A stretch of DNA of 63,611 nucleotides, filler included, from Stramenopiles sp. TOSAG23-3 (taxonomy: Eukaryota): NCBI GenBank assembly GCA_900128585.1. It is 13 parts of 13 records of this genome, joined end to end, with 100 filler letters (N's around TTAATTAATTAA, not from the genome) between each part and the next. Parts side by side here need not be neighbours in the genome. Positions count along the whole stretch, not along the records: positions 1 to 6,468 come from LT643314.1; positions 6,569 to 13,033 come from LT643315.1; 11 more parts are not named here. One strand, given 5' to 3'. The notes below the pieces were generated by a model. The model made no database searches. It saw nothing but the letters and a program-made list of their open reading frames with translations, and was not told the DNA's origin. Shown one piece after another: positions 1-10,900 of this stretch (within the stretch, counting starts at the first letter, position 1; each line of letters opens with the position of its first letter). A program made the position numbers and the translations under genes.

Positions 1-579
1 GAAGTAGTCCCCATGTCACTACAGTATGTCGTGCGTAGTGCTGTAGTGGGCGGTTCTTGTTCGAACTCCTTTTGCGTTTTGGTAAGTGCGGAAACAAAAA
101 AACAAACAAAACAAATGATGCATTGCACGCTTAAAATTTACATTTGTTTTTCAAGTTATTTTATTATTGAGAAGAACCTTGTTTGATAAAATATTGAATC
201 AGTATAAATAATAGTATTATAATACCAAAAAAAGAAGAAGAAGAAAAGAAGAAAAAGAAAAGAAGAAAGAAGTGTAGTATATAATATAATAAAGAAGAAG
301 AAAGGAAGAAGTGATTATAATTATTATTATAATTTATAAAAAAAAAAAAAAAAGGACCGCCGTCGGTCCGACGGACCCACCTAACAAATCATAGGTGTAT
401 ATCTATAGATTATAAAAATAAATATGATATACACAATGTGTCCTTATCTAATTAATATTATTTATATTGGAATTCATAAACTACAACTATTACTTAATTG
501 TATAGTACAACAATTATCAATTGTATTCTTGGTGGTGTTTTTTTTCACTTTTTTTTAAAAATATAATAATAGAAAAAGG

Positions 580-731
580 AGAGAGAAGAAGAAGAAGAAG
601 AAGAAGAAGAAGAAGAAGGAAGAAAGAAGATAGAAGAAGGAAGAAGAAAAAGAAGAAGAAGAAGAAAGAAGAAATGAGAAGAAGAAGAAGAAAGAAGAAG
701 AAGAAGAAAGAAGAAGAAGAAAAGGAAGAAG
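580..731. repeat. (GAA)n-rich microsatellite, one of many similar intergenic tracts
   Basis: Imperfect AAG/GAA run; it explains the spurious ORFs 517..873 and 521..814. Confidence 0.95.
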
Positions 732-820
732 ACAAGTTATTACTTACTATATACTCTATTAAAACTTTTACCAACTTATTGTACCGGTACTTCGTCAAAG
801 AAATATTTATGTAAATTACT

Positions 821-2071
821 TCACCGAGTAATAACTTCAACACCTTTCGATGCGAGGCGTTCGACCATCGCACTTACGGAGAATACGCCGCCTAATACGG
901 CACACAGTCGAACTATAAAATGAAAAAAACCTGGGCGTTCTTCTGTCCGGTGAACAACAAACGGAGACATGTCGTAAATGAAAAACACTCCTGGCAAGGC
1001 ACGAATAATCGACGGGTGGCGGTGCCCATGCCCTTGGTGCGGTTGGTGCTCCTTCTTTGCGGCTTCCGCTTCGGGATGGCCTTCGCCAACGCCAACAAAT
1101 TTCTGAGTGAAACTGTACTGGTTCGAATATGTAACCGAATAGCCATTCGCTGCGGTGTACTGGGTTGGGATCACTTTGATGTAGTACTGGAACACGCCCG
1201 TCAACGATTTCGTGGAATCGATCGCTTTGGACATTCCGTCCAGGGCATTTGTTTGCCCCGGAAACGTCTCCCCAAAGCCTAGCTGGTTGATCGTGTGGGT
1301 AGTATCGAAATGGTTCAACTGGTCTGGCGAAAACTGGTGAATCAGCCGCCCGTTGACACTCCTACTCTTTCCTAGCGCGATGTGAATGTTTCCGGCCACT
1401 TTGTTCACTGCCAAGTACCCCTCGACGTTGCAGCCTTCCCCCACTCTGGCAGCGGTGGCAGGGTTGTTCTTCTCCCGCTTGCACTGTTCCGCGGTATTCA
1501 AGACACCAGACACGTCCCACCCCTTGGCAGCATACGCCGTCTTGACATCCTCGCACGAGTTGCAGCAACTCTTCGGCTCTGCCCCCGCACCGTAACAGCT
1601 GCCGCAGTAGTTCTTCGGCAACGGTTTTATTTTCTCGGTATCGTGCTTTGTCTTCAGCTTTGACTTGAACTTTTCCCCTATTGTGCTCCCATCCTTGTCC
1701 AACCGGTGCTTGTGAATGGTGTGCTGGATGCCCAGCTGGTGCTCCCCGGCGACGTCCATCGCTACGAGGTCTGCGTCCGCGCAGGACAGGCGCGGAAACG
1801 TTAAATTAATATTAATTTTAAGGCGACCCTCTGCCTTGCTATCGACTTTCAAGTGCTCCGTGACCGTTGTGGTCGTGTAAGCGGTAAACTCGCTGCAGAA
1901 CAACGCGAACATAATAATGTAGGTTACTATTGAGATTGCACCACCTTGCTCCGACCGCACTTGGTATTCCTTATCAATTTTTGGGAACAAGTCCAACTTT
2001 GGCAACGTATCCGAAATCGACCCAGGCGAGGTCGGTTTCAGGTCGTGCGGGACGACTCGTCGACGCCTCAT
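821..2071 (-). CDS. ERGIC3: ER-Golgi intermediate compartment protein 3 / Erv46-like (ERGIC_N + COPII-coated ERV domain)
   Basis: LDLFPK, GGAISI + TM, INLTFPRLSC..DAMDVAGE-type motif, YCGSCYGA..CCNSCEDVK.AY..KGW, GEGCNVEGYLAVNKVAGNIH, FQYYIKVIPT, PGVFFIYDMSP, C-terminal TM. Intronless. Confidence 0.93.
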   Translation of the reverse strand: MRRRRVVPHDLKPTSPGSISDTLPKLDLFPKIDKEYQVRSEQGGAISIVTYIIMFALFCSEFTAYTTTTVTEHLKVDSKAEGRLKININLTFPRLSCADADLVAMDVAGEHQLGIQHTIHKHRLDKDGSTIGEKFKSKLKTKHDTEKIKPLPKNYCGSCYGAGAEPKSCCNSCEDVKTAYAAKGWDVSGVLNTAEQCKREKNNPATAARVGEGCNVEGYLAVNKVAGNIHIALGKSRSVNGRLIHQFSPDQLNHFDTTHTINQLGFGETFPGQTNALDGMSKAIDSTKSLTGVFQYYIKVIPTQYTAANGYSVTYSNQYSFTQKFVGVGEGHPEAEAAKKEHQPHQGHGHRHPSIIRALPGVFFIYDMSPFVVHRTEERPGFFHFIVRLCAVLGGVFSVSAMVERLASKGVEVITR

Positions 2072-2521
2072 TGTTGCCTTTTTCCAGAAGAAGAACCAAA
2101 CACCGTATGAGAAACGAATACAACGAGCTATGTACGTTTCAAAAATGAGATTGTTACATAGATGAAAATAACTTGTTTGTCCCTAACATTCCTCTCGTTT
2201 CTTTTCTTCTTCTAAATCACACACTTTTAATAAAATACACGGAGAGATAGAAACCATTCCAAATTCGTTTCTTCTTCTTTTTTTTTTCTTCTTTTCGACC
2301 CAAACTAGGTTAAGGATACGTTTGTCCATTAATTGTTCTTATCGTACTAAAATATACATTAAATACTATTATTAATGTATAGAAACGTTAGACACTAAAA
2401 TTATATGTACCTTAATTATTGAAGAGACATAATTTCAACCGTTCATTTCCTTTTGTTATAAGTACATAATTAGACTATATATATTATGTCCTATAATAAA
2501 GAAGAGAATGAGGTTTGCTTT

Positions 2522-2609
2522 ATGTGCAAGCCCACGCTGTCACATTGGCAAGTGAACTCTGCTCAGTATTAATACGCCCACATATTGCTTCATAAGTTCC
2601 TTAACAGTC
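2522..2609 (-). pseudogene. Decayed duplicate fragment of the adjacent ankyrin gene
   Basis: Blocks atgtgcaagcccacg, attggcaagtg, actctgctcagta, tacgcccacat and aagttccttRacagtc are collinear with 3258..3352, with indels. Confidence 0.8.
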
Positions 2610-2796
2610 GTACATTTAAGGTCAGGTTGGGTTGGGTTGCCAAAGTTAGTGATTTTTCGTTCATCGTATAATAAGTATATTATTTAATAGGTAAATTAGT
2701 ATAGGCCACGAGATTCAGGATCCTCACTCAATACTCAATACTCAATACTTTTTCCAAACGTTTTTTCTTTCCATGTTTTTGAGTTTTTGTATGCAT

Positions 2797-3501
2797 TTAA
2801 ACTCGTGGTAACAGATAAACAATGTCTTTGTTTCCTTCTTCGTTGGCAATGTCCAATGGCGTTTGGTTGCGTTTGTTTTTCATTTTTGTGGACTCAGGAT
2901 AGTTTTGAACAAGGTAGTTTATTAAATGCCGGTGCCCATTGCTCGTTGCAACGTGCAGTAGGGTAAACCCATCGCTCTTTCTTTGCCATGTAATTCCTAG
3001 TTTATTGTTCTCGTGCAAGAATGCTACGACTTTTCTTGCCGCGCCATACTTGACAGCATACGATATAGGCAGTTCCCCGAACCGGTCTAGTTCCGAATAG
3101 CTGTTGCCTGGCTGCAACGCAGCTTGTTTAATATCCTCGACGGTTGTTCTCCGCCATCTCCAGCCGTTCTGGTCGTGCAAGGACTCTACTGTGAGGCGAA
3201 CACCCCCTCGTTTCATTTCGTCTAATATATAATCAATTACTTTCACTCTGGCATTGCATGTGCAAGCCCACGTTATTGGCAAGTGCATTCCACTGTGCGC
3301 ATCTACTCTGCTCAGTACGCCCACATCTTTCTTCGCAAGTTCCTTGACAGTCTTTACGGTCGTGTTGGGCCACTTCTCATAATCGCGGGCGTTCAAAGAC
3401 GTTATCTCCGATCCTCCCCCTGGCCCAAAGAAATTAAACATATGACGAAGTACGAACGGTTGATTCAATGGACCCAACAAACTTTGGAAGGCTGAACTCA
3501 C
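2797..3501 (-). CDS. Ankyrin-repeat protein (5' end uncertain)
   Basis: GELPISYAVKYG, GFTLLHVATSNGH.HLINYLV, NQTPLDIANEEG.KDIVYLL. The ORF starts at GTG inside tttttag|TGAG, which may be a splice acceptor. Confidence 0.8.
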   Translation of the reverse strand: MSSAFQSLLGPLNQPFVLRHMFNFFGPGGGSEITSLNARDYEKWPNTTVKTVKELAKKDVGVLSRVDAHSGMHLPITWACTCNARVKVIDYILDEMKRGGVRLTVESLHDQNGWRWRRTTVEDIKQAALQPGNSYSELDRFGELPISYAVKYGAARKVVAFLHENNKLGITWQRKSDGFTLLHVATSNGHRHLINYLVQNYPESTKMKNKRNQTPLDIANEEGNKDIVYLLPRV

Positions 3502-4014
3502 TAAAAATGTATCTACTTTTGCTCAAAACACATCACAATATCATTCTACCCGATTGAATTCTTTCTATCAATTTTAATAAGAAATGGTCACATTCGATTG
3601 AACATGAACCATTACCGTTACACATATTTGAATGATATAAGATATAATATATAAAATCTTCGTTCTTTTTCTTCGTCGTCTTCTCTCATAATAATATTTT
3701 CATATTTTATTTAATTAATAAAGTAAAGGAAGAGGAAAGTATTTAAAACAACCACATGATAGGATATTTGTTGTACTTATAATGTACTTCAATTAATATT
3801 GTCAGAAGAGTTATATAGGAGAATATAGAATATTTAGGCAGCAGGGGATAGGGAGGGGTCAGGAAGGAAGGGACAGGCAGGCAGGACGGACGGAAGAGTT
3901 ACTCTTTAAAAAAATAAATAAGGGAGGAGCGTATAAAGTAAAACAAAGTCCTAAGAGCGTTATTCTTATCAACTGTTGACAAAAAGCAATATAATAGCAT
4001 TTAGAAGGTTGTCA

Positions 4015-4569
4015 TCATTTACCGCATCGGTATTGCTGGCCAATATTCTGCCCCGGTCTCCTTTGCCATGGAATCGAAGCGCGAGTCAAGCGCGGTTCCA
4101 CGGCTTTTTCCTCCGGGGACAACCCCACCTCGATCGGGTCAATGTCCTCGACGTGTTTCTTTGGGATGTAATTCTTGTACCACGCCGTCCCCTTCCCCTT
4201 CGTTCGTTTTTTATTTTTTCTTAGCCGTTTCTGCTCGGCCTGCTCGATCATCTCCTGGTGCCCCTCCGCCTGCCGGCGCTCACGAAACTGTGCCAACCAG
4301 TGCTGGTTGAATACTAGACTGCCTCGGCGGGCACCGCCCGTCCTCGGGTGGTGGCGATGCGAGTTCGCCACGCTGTTATCCCGTCCTGTGCCTTGTTCCG
4401 CGTGGCAATATTGCGTGTGATGAAACGAAAAATTGTGACCAGGGCGCATCCATTTTGCCGACCCGCCACCAGGGGGCAGCGGGCTCGCAAACACTCGATC
4501 CCATAAAAACGGAGAAGGGTACGGCGGCGGGATCGCCAGTCCACCCCTCCGGCCCAGCGCTTGCTCCAT
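4015..4569 (-). CDS. Hypothetical basic protein
   Basis: GC-rich ORF between AT-rich spacers; first ATG gives MEQALGRRGG. No family recognised. Confidence 0.5.
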   Translation of the reverse strand: MEQALGRRGGLAIPPPYPSPFLWDRVFASPLPPGGGSAKWMRPGHNFSFHHTQYCHAEQGTGRDNSVANSHRHHPRTGGARRGSLVFNQHWLAQFRERRQAEGHQEMIEQAEQKRLRKNKKRTKGKGTAWYKNYIPKKHVEDIDPIEVGLSPEEKAVEPRLTRASIPWQRRPGQNIGQQYRCGK

Positions 4570-5043
4570 TGCACTACCCTCTCTATTTATACTCAACTTC
4601 AATCGTCGTTCTGTTTCATATGTTCATAATTCCTGTTTCTTTTAATTGCAAGAAGAGACGGGAGAAGCTGAAGAAAAATCAGATGCACTTAGTGTATTAT
4701 TATATCCGAACGATCCGCGGCGTGGGAACAAAAAAAAAGAAGAACACAACAAAAAACAACAGAAGAAAATAATAATGGAAAAGAAGCAAGAAAGAAGAAG
4801 AAGAAGAACGAACGAACAACATCATCCAAAAAAATAATAAAAAATATCAATAATAATATATATAATAAATAACAGGTATACAGGAAGGGTTCGTGGCGAC
4901 GACGACGGGCGTTCTTCTTCTTCTTCTTCAAACTTGGGAAGTGAGAAAAAATGATATAATTTACAAGAGAGCAAACAGGAGAGAGGCTTAAATTAATTGT
5001 GTTAAGTAATATCGATGAACTACGAGTGGTAAAGTAATCCCAA

Positions 5044-5820
5044 TCACTTCTTTTCCGTCTGCCCTCCAGTGGGTTTCGATTGTCTGCGCATGAGAACGCT
5101 GTGGTTGTAAACCCGTGCTATGTTGACTTCGCTAGTTGTGATCTGGTCCTTCAAAAAGGAAAGATCGTTCCGGGTTTCGTCGCTTTTCTCCGTGGCTTTG
5201 ATCAAATTCGCATTTAAGATTTCCCATGCGTCGTCGTAGCAATATTCAAGCATGACGTTTGCCCCGAGCCACAAGTAGACTTTGTCCTCGGGCACTATGT
5301 GAGCTTTCGCCCACACGTTGTCTGCGAGGCTGTAGTTCAAGTCCAGCTCCTTGTCGTCGCCTTTCGCTGCCTTCAAACGATTGATCGCGTTCAGGGTCTT
5401 CTCAATTTCTGGGATCTTCTTCTTGTATTGCTGAAGATTGTAGACTAAATGCTGTTCCATCATCTTGAACTTACTGTATTCTGTTGGCGGGGTGAAAAAA
5501 GGGGGTCAAAACGGTTAGAAGAGGTTCGTTGCGATAGTCGTATTGGTTTCTACTCACCTTGTTGCATTATTTCCAGTATACCCTCTATAAACTGTTTGGT
5601 GTTGAAAAAAAGCGGTTAGGAGTGGTTCATTGCGATGTTCTTAGTGGTTTCTACTTACCTTGTCATTCACGTCTGCGCCATTGGACGTCTCGTCCAGAAA
5701 CTTGTTTACATCTTCGATGAACACAGCCTCCGGAATGTTTGACATGTTGCTCGATTTGACTACTGTGATACCTCCAACCTCGCGTGGTTTGTTCGGGTTT
5801 GGTTTTGCTAACGCTGCCAT
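5044..5820 (-). CDS. PFDN3: Prefoldin subunit 3 (VBP1/PAC10); exons 5820-5659, 5591-5558, 5480-5044
   Basis: Splicing two GT-AG introns gives IPEAVFIEDV...NDK|FIEGILEIMQQ|EYSKFKMMEQ...KIPEIEKTL...KVYLWLGANVMLEY...FLKDQITTSEVNIARVYN in one frame. Confidence 0.95.
5481..5557 (-). other. Spliceosomal intron 2 of PFDN3 (77 nt, phase 1)
   Basis: GTGAGT donor, CTAAC branch point, pyrimidine tract, CAG acceptor; removal restores the frame. Confidence 0.9.
5592..5658 (-). other. Spliceosomal intron 1 of PFDN3 (67 nt, phase 0)
   Basis: GTAAGT donor, CTAAC branch point, T-tract, CAG acceptor; removal restores the frame. Confidence 0.9.
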
Positions 5821-6468
5821 TGTGTTTCGTTTCGGATGGTGTCTGGTCTCTTTTAAATTCAATTCGTATTAATGATATACTCGAACAACGTTAAAGTTAC
5901 AAAATGTTCGATTGCGTATACGATTCGAGGTTGATCATTCAATTCCAATCGAAGATAAATAACTAAACCATATACTTCCATGCTTCGTAATCATAATTGA
6001 TCATATTCAAATTCTTCTTCTTCCTTTTTTTCCTTCTTCGTTGTTTGGTTTTTCAAGAGAGAGAAGAAGAAGAAGGTCTTCTTCCTCTTCTTCCTCTTCT
6101 TCCTCTTCTTCCTCTTCTTCTTTCTTTTCTTCTTTTCTTTTTAATAATTATTTTAAATGAATGCTGTGTAGGCTAAATAGAAATCAAAAATCTTTCTTTT
6201 TTTTGAAAAAGAAAGAAATATAAATAATAACGATAAATACAAATATAAAACTAACTATTACAAACCAATTTACATACTGTATAGTCATTAAAATAATAAC
6301 AATATTTAAACTAAATAAGAATGTTAAATTAGTCTTATTTCGTTTACACTGCCCAGATAGCATTGAACGATTTGACTGGTGAGAAGGTGAAAAAATAGAA
6401 ATATTCAATTTATTACGTATTTCCTGTTATTCCTATATTATATCATTTATTCTTATGCTCTGTACATA

Positions 6469-6568
6469 NNNNNNNNNNNNNNNNNNNNNNNNNNNNNNNN
6501 NNNNNNNNNNNNTTAATTAATTAANNNNNNNNNNNNNNNNNNNNNNNNNNNNNNNNNNNNNNNNNNNN
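6469..6568. other. Artificial contig spacer; also at 13034, 19597, 26159, 32714, 39267, 45819, 52365, 58902, 60080, 61258 and 62435 (each 100 nt)
   Basis: Identical N44-TTAATTAATTAA-N44 structure, which gives stops in all six frames. Confidence 0.99.
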
Positions 6569-7660
6569 GAGGGCAATCGCCTTTATCGTATTGACATGAT
6601 TTTGTATTGCATCCCGAGTCCAACTTTGGTTTAATGCCGGGTTTTAAGCGGCTGGAAAAGATAAAATTGTAATCATTATCATCGCACACAGAGTTACCCA
6701 GAAATAAAGAGGGGCAATCCATCGAGCACTGCGCATCACACAAACCTTTCGACCCTTCGAAATTATCGGGTAACTCCAGTACCTTGCACAACGGGTTGCC
6801 TTCAAGGTAAAAATACTCAACATTGCTCCACTGACTTACCGAAATCGGAAAAGTTGTCAAATTGTTATGACGGAGATCGACGATTTGTAACAATGACAAA
6901 CGGCCTATTGATTGTGGTAAGAACAGCAATGTGTTGTTGAAAATTGCTAAGGTTTTCAATTGCTGCAACAAGTTTCCAATGCCCTTCGGCAACGTTTTTA
7001 ACTGATTTCCATCTGCAAAAAAGCGAGTTAAACTTTTCAAATCCCAGATACTATCTGGAAGCGATGTGCAATTATTGTTGAAGACTCGTAATTGCAGCAA
7101 TTTGCTCAGCTCCCCAAAGTCGTCTGTCAATGTGCCCAGCCTATGTCCAAACACTCCCAGCCATACTTATCGTTTGTGGCTCTTTCCAAATGACGGGGGC
7201 AAACTTTTTAATTCGCCAGTGTATATTCCCAACTTATACAGCGCTGATAATTTTCCAGGATCAGAACGGTACAAAAAATAGACGTCAATCCCACCGGAAT
7301 CAAACATGTGCTTGCTTGTACGCTTCCGTCAAATACATTTTAGACATGTAATACTTTCCATTGACGTCAAAGATTTCACGTGCGCACGGCAAAGGAAGCA
7401 ACTATCAGTTCTGGGAGAACACCAAGCGTAAAGAGAACCCATAGCCCATCTCGTTTGAATCCATGACTGTAAGAATGAAACATTAATAAATTGACACCGC
7501 CCACAATCAGCATGATCAAAGATATCAACAGGCTTTCGCAGCCCCATATGACCCGGCATTTCTGTCATCGAGAAAGTTGTGACGTTTCCCCTTCAATCTG
7601 AAAGCGTGCTGGGCTGTCGCTGCTTTGGATAGGGTTCTTCGATGCTTTTCCTAACTCCAT
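6569..7660 (-). pseudogene. Disrupted TM-LRR-LNR paralogue of 8683..10788
   Basis: REIFDVNGKYYMSKMYLTE (about 7380-7324) matches SIFDPDGKYYVVKTYVSE. It is followed by frameshifts, loss of most of the TM region, in-frame TAA at 7169-7167, then intact LRRs, YLEGNPLC and an LNR-like C-terminus. Confidence 0.8.
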
Positions 7661-8682
7661 TGCAGCGTTGAAATGAACTGAAATACAATGTGGAATCAGG
7701 CTGTTGTCCGAATTTTGTTCGAATGGAAATGGTTATATTGTGACTAGTCCTTTGTTTTGCTTTGTAATTTGTAATTTACTTCGGTTCTAGTTATTGTTAA
7801 ATTACAAGATAGACAGAATAGTGAACAGCGAACATAACAAAAATTGTGAATATTGGAAAAAAGTAGAAGAAGAAGAGAAAAGAAAGAAGAAGAAACACAA
7901 CAAAGAAGGAAGAAGAAGTAGAGGAAACACTTTGATGTATTGGTAATGTATAGCATTTACGTGTACGTAAATTACTATCTTTCCGTTTAGCCAATTGAGC
8001 CCGTAAACAGTGCTAACGTAATGTAAACGTAAACGAATGAATATAAAACAAAGGGATATATAATAGAACTTATAGGCTAACTGTGTTGTTTTTTCTGTGG
8101 GGATTGTGTTTCTTCTTCGATGTCGTTTGCTCAATGAACTGTTGCATTTGAATGAATTCAATGTGCCGTTTGCGGTGTTAAAGGACGATCGATGACTAAG
8201 AAAGAGTCTTCACTGCTGTGTGCTGTTCGTGTCTTCCTTAATCTTCTTCTTCTTGATTTTTCTTCTTTCTTCGCGAACTAAGATTGTCGAGTTTCCGATC
8301 TTGATTGACGTGAACAACGAACGTTACTGGTTGAATTCACCAAACCACCTAATCTTCGAATATGTCAATGAGTGACACTTGCTTGTTCAAGCTGATATAG
8401 GCAAGAATAATACGGTAAACTGTGAGAGAAGATTAGAGTCGACGAAGCAAGACACAAGACAGGAAGACTTAAAACTTAAATCTTAATAATTAATATAACG
8501 AATAGGGAGAGTTAGATACTTACTATACAGTAAATTATGCTAACATCGGAGGGGAATGAAATCGAACATCATCTTATTATATTACGGTTTTCTAATAATA
8601 ACCCCCCCCCAAGAAAATTACTGGGTTTAAGCTCCTACCTTCAGGTGTTTAATGTTTATGTAACGCAAAGTCAAGAAAAAAT

Positions 8683-10788
8683 TTATGGAGAGCACACATT
8701 ATTTTGGAACTCGCACTGGGCAGAATTACACTCAGGGTAACAATTCGATGGGTCTTCTTTTAAAAAATTCGGGCAGTATGGTGAACATTGCTTCGTGCAA
8801 CTTTCACCTGCGGGAACATCGATTCTTTGAACTAACGCTTTGTCTGCAGTAGTCATCCACCCATTGGTGCAGATAGGATTGCCGTCAAAATATGCATACT
8901 GTAATGACTTCAACGACTTTAGTTTCTCTGGGAGATGCGCGATGCTGTTGTTTCTTGCATCAAGAAACAATAAGTTGTTCAGAACGGAAAACGTCTCAGG
9001 GATTGTCTTTATTCGTACGTTATTGTTGAAAGAGAATTCGCGAAGCTGGTCCAATTCACTGATTTCGGGTGGAAGGTGCAATAATTCGTTGCCATCTAGA
9101 AACAAGTACTTTAAAGATTGTTGCTTAAGAGCAATAGATGGTACCACACGGAGGCTGTTGTTGCTGAGGTATAAAGTTACCAGGCGCCCGTTAGCCTGGT
9201 CATATTCCGAAAGTTCGGCAATGTTGTTCGAAGCTACCGATAGATACACTAAGTGTTGATGGCCCCAGATGGACTTGGGGATATCCCGAAGTCGATTGAA
9301 CTGCAGCTGCAACTGCGTGATGCCAAGTGTCCCAAAATCGTCTGGAACAGTTTCTAAAATGTTATTGCTAAAATCGATAATACTGACTCTTTCGAACATC
9401 GTCATTTTTGGAAAGTGAGCCAGCGGGCCATTCTGAACCCTTATGGATTTAAGGGATTTCATCTCATATATTGGTTGCGGAAATTGGGTCCAGTTGTGAC
9501 GTCTAACCGACAGCACGGCACAATCGCACGATGGAGAAAACATATTCTGGCAAAATTGCACTTTTACCTCGCAGGAGTCCCACACTTTTTTGTTTACCGT
9601 TTCGGTGCTGCAGTGTAAAGTTGACGACACATATTCTCCAATTTGAACCACAGTTAGTGTCCACAAAAACACCATATAAAGAATTGAAAAAGCCAGAAAA
9701 ACGGTGTAGACCCACGCCGGGGTGTTTCTCATTTGGTTGACAGTAACGCAGAAATTTTCGTCCTCTAAAATGTTACGTCTCCGCCATGTGCTCAGAAACC
9801 GAAATTGTTTCTTCTTTATTCGTGTGTCCGCTTCTATCGCGTTTTGCCGTATGGACGCATCGGTCATTTCAAAAAGCTTGATCAGCGCAAAGCATGCAGG
9901 AATGAACCCCACCTTTACGAATTCGTCAATTGTTAGTCCTATGTGGTACACAAAGTGCATTAATCCCACAGCTGCTGTAGAGGACACCACTTCGACTAAA
10001 ATGTCTACCGTGACCCTATTGTTTCTTCGCTGAACATTGATGCCGTGCTTTCTTGCGACAAGCGTGTCAGCCGCATTGTACATCGCCTCCAAAGAGAAGA
10101 AAACATAAAACGCTACTGCGACGGGAATCGGAAACGAACACATGTAAATATTAATGCTGACAACCTGAAATGCGTATTCAAATATCTCTGATACGTACGT
10201 TTTCACAACGTAGTATTTTCCGTCCGGGTCGAATATAGAATTGTACACCCCCCAACTGTGCAATAAAAATTCATATTTTGGTTTCTGCATCTTAGGATCC
10301 CGCATTGTTTCCGCATCAGGGGCCTGATCGCCAAAAAAGCTGTTTGCTTTTGATGTCTGCCCGGAACTTTTCCGTTTTACTTCAACCTTTGCCATGGTGT
10401 CGTGACGTGTGGCGCAAAATGAATAGCACAACAACGCAACAAAAAAAAACGGCATCAAAAATGCAACAATTCCTGTCACAAGAATAAATATTGGGCGAGA
10501 GAGAAATGTAAAATAGGCGTGCAGGAATATACCACCAATGCAGAATGCTGTCAAAGAGCAAATTGCACTCCGAAGACCAAATACGCGCAGAGGAAGGCAA
10601 ACGTACGGATTCCTGTGCCTTCTCCCTTTAATTTCGGATGCTATGGAAGACACCAACACCACGCTAGAAAGTTTTGAAGTACCAGATGCCCGGGGTTCTT
10701 GCGACCTTTTCACGTATAGTGGATTATTGGTATACTCGCCATTGCCCAGCGAGAGTTCTCCCGTATCGACCGTATTTAGTACATTCAT
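8683..10788 (-). CDS. Multi-pass membrane protein with C-terminal leucine-rich repeats and an LNR/Notch-like Cys module
   Basis: Several hydrophobic segments, then LxxLxLxxNxLxxLP repeats, YFDGNPIC cap and CSPYCP...CYPECNSAQCEFQNNVC. Confidence 0.88.
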   Translation of the reverse strand: MNVLNTVDTGELSLGNGEYTNNPLYVKRSQEPRASGTSKLSSVVLVSSIASEIKGRRHRNPYVCLPLRVFGLRSAICSLTAFCIGGIFLHAYFTFLSRPIFILVTGIVAFLMPFFFVALLCYSFCATRHDTMAKVEVKRKSSGQTSKANSFFGDQAPDAETMRDPKMQKPKYEFLLHSWGVYNSIFDPDGKYYVVKTYVSEIFEYAFQVVSINIYMCSFPIPVAVAFYVFFSLEAMYNAADTLVARKHGINVQRRNNRVTVDILVEVVSSTAAVGLMHFVYHIGLTIDEFVKVGFIPACFALIKLFEMTDASIRQNAIEADTRIKKKQFRFLSTWRRRNILEDENFCVTVNQMRNTPAWVYTVFLAFSILYMVFLWTLTVVQIGEYVSSTLHCSTETVNKKVWDSCEVKVQFCQNMFSPSCDCAVLSVRRHNWTQFPQPIYEMKSLKSIRVQNGPLAHFPKMTMFERVSIIDFSNNILETVPDDFGTLGITQLQLQFNRLRDIPKSIWGHQHLVYLSVASNNIAELSEYDQANGRLVTLYLSNNSLRVVPSIALKQQSLKYLFLDGNELLHLPPEISELDQLREFSFNNNVRIKTIPETFSVLNNLLFLDARNNSIAHLPEKLKSLKSLQYAYFDGNPICTNGWMTTADKALVQRIDVPAGESCTKQCSPYCPNFLKEDPSNCYPECNSAQCEFQNNVCSP

Positions 10789-10900
10789 CTGCGTGCCTGC
10801 AACATTTGATTCAATTGGGTAATGAAACTGACTGCAATGATTCGTCTATTTCTGTTCTTTATCACGTACGCAAGTCCGTGCCATCCCATAATATTGTTCT

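Noticed and set aside
17-72. Hairpin (cactacag/ctgtagtg) plus GTTCGAAC...TTTT as a tRNA or Pol III RNA
   Set aside because: No cloverleaf or T-stem pairing; at the window edge, and could equally be coding sequence.
517-873. Poly-K/R/E or poly-F/S/L ORFs (also 25317, 25856, 27121, 35315, 59207 and others)
   Set aside because: Translations of GAA/TTC microsatellites.
6513-6524. Regularly spaced TTAATTAATTAA palindrome as a biological repeat or array
   Set aside because: Always centred in identical N-blocks; an artificial six-frame-stop spacer.
7167-7169. In-frame TAA as evidence of stop-codon reassignment
   Set aside because: The same gene has frameshifts and a deletion, and intact genes end in TAA, TAG and TGA normally.
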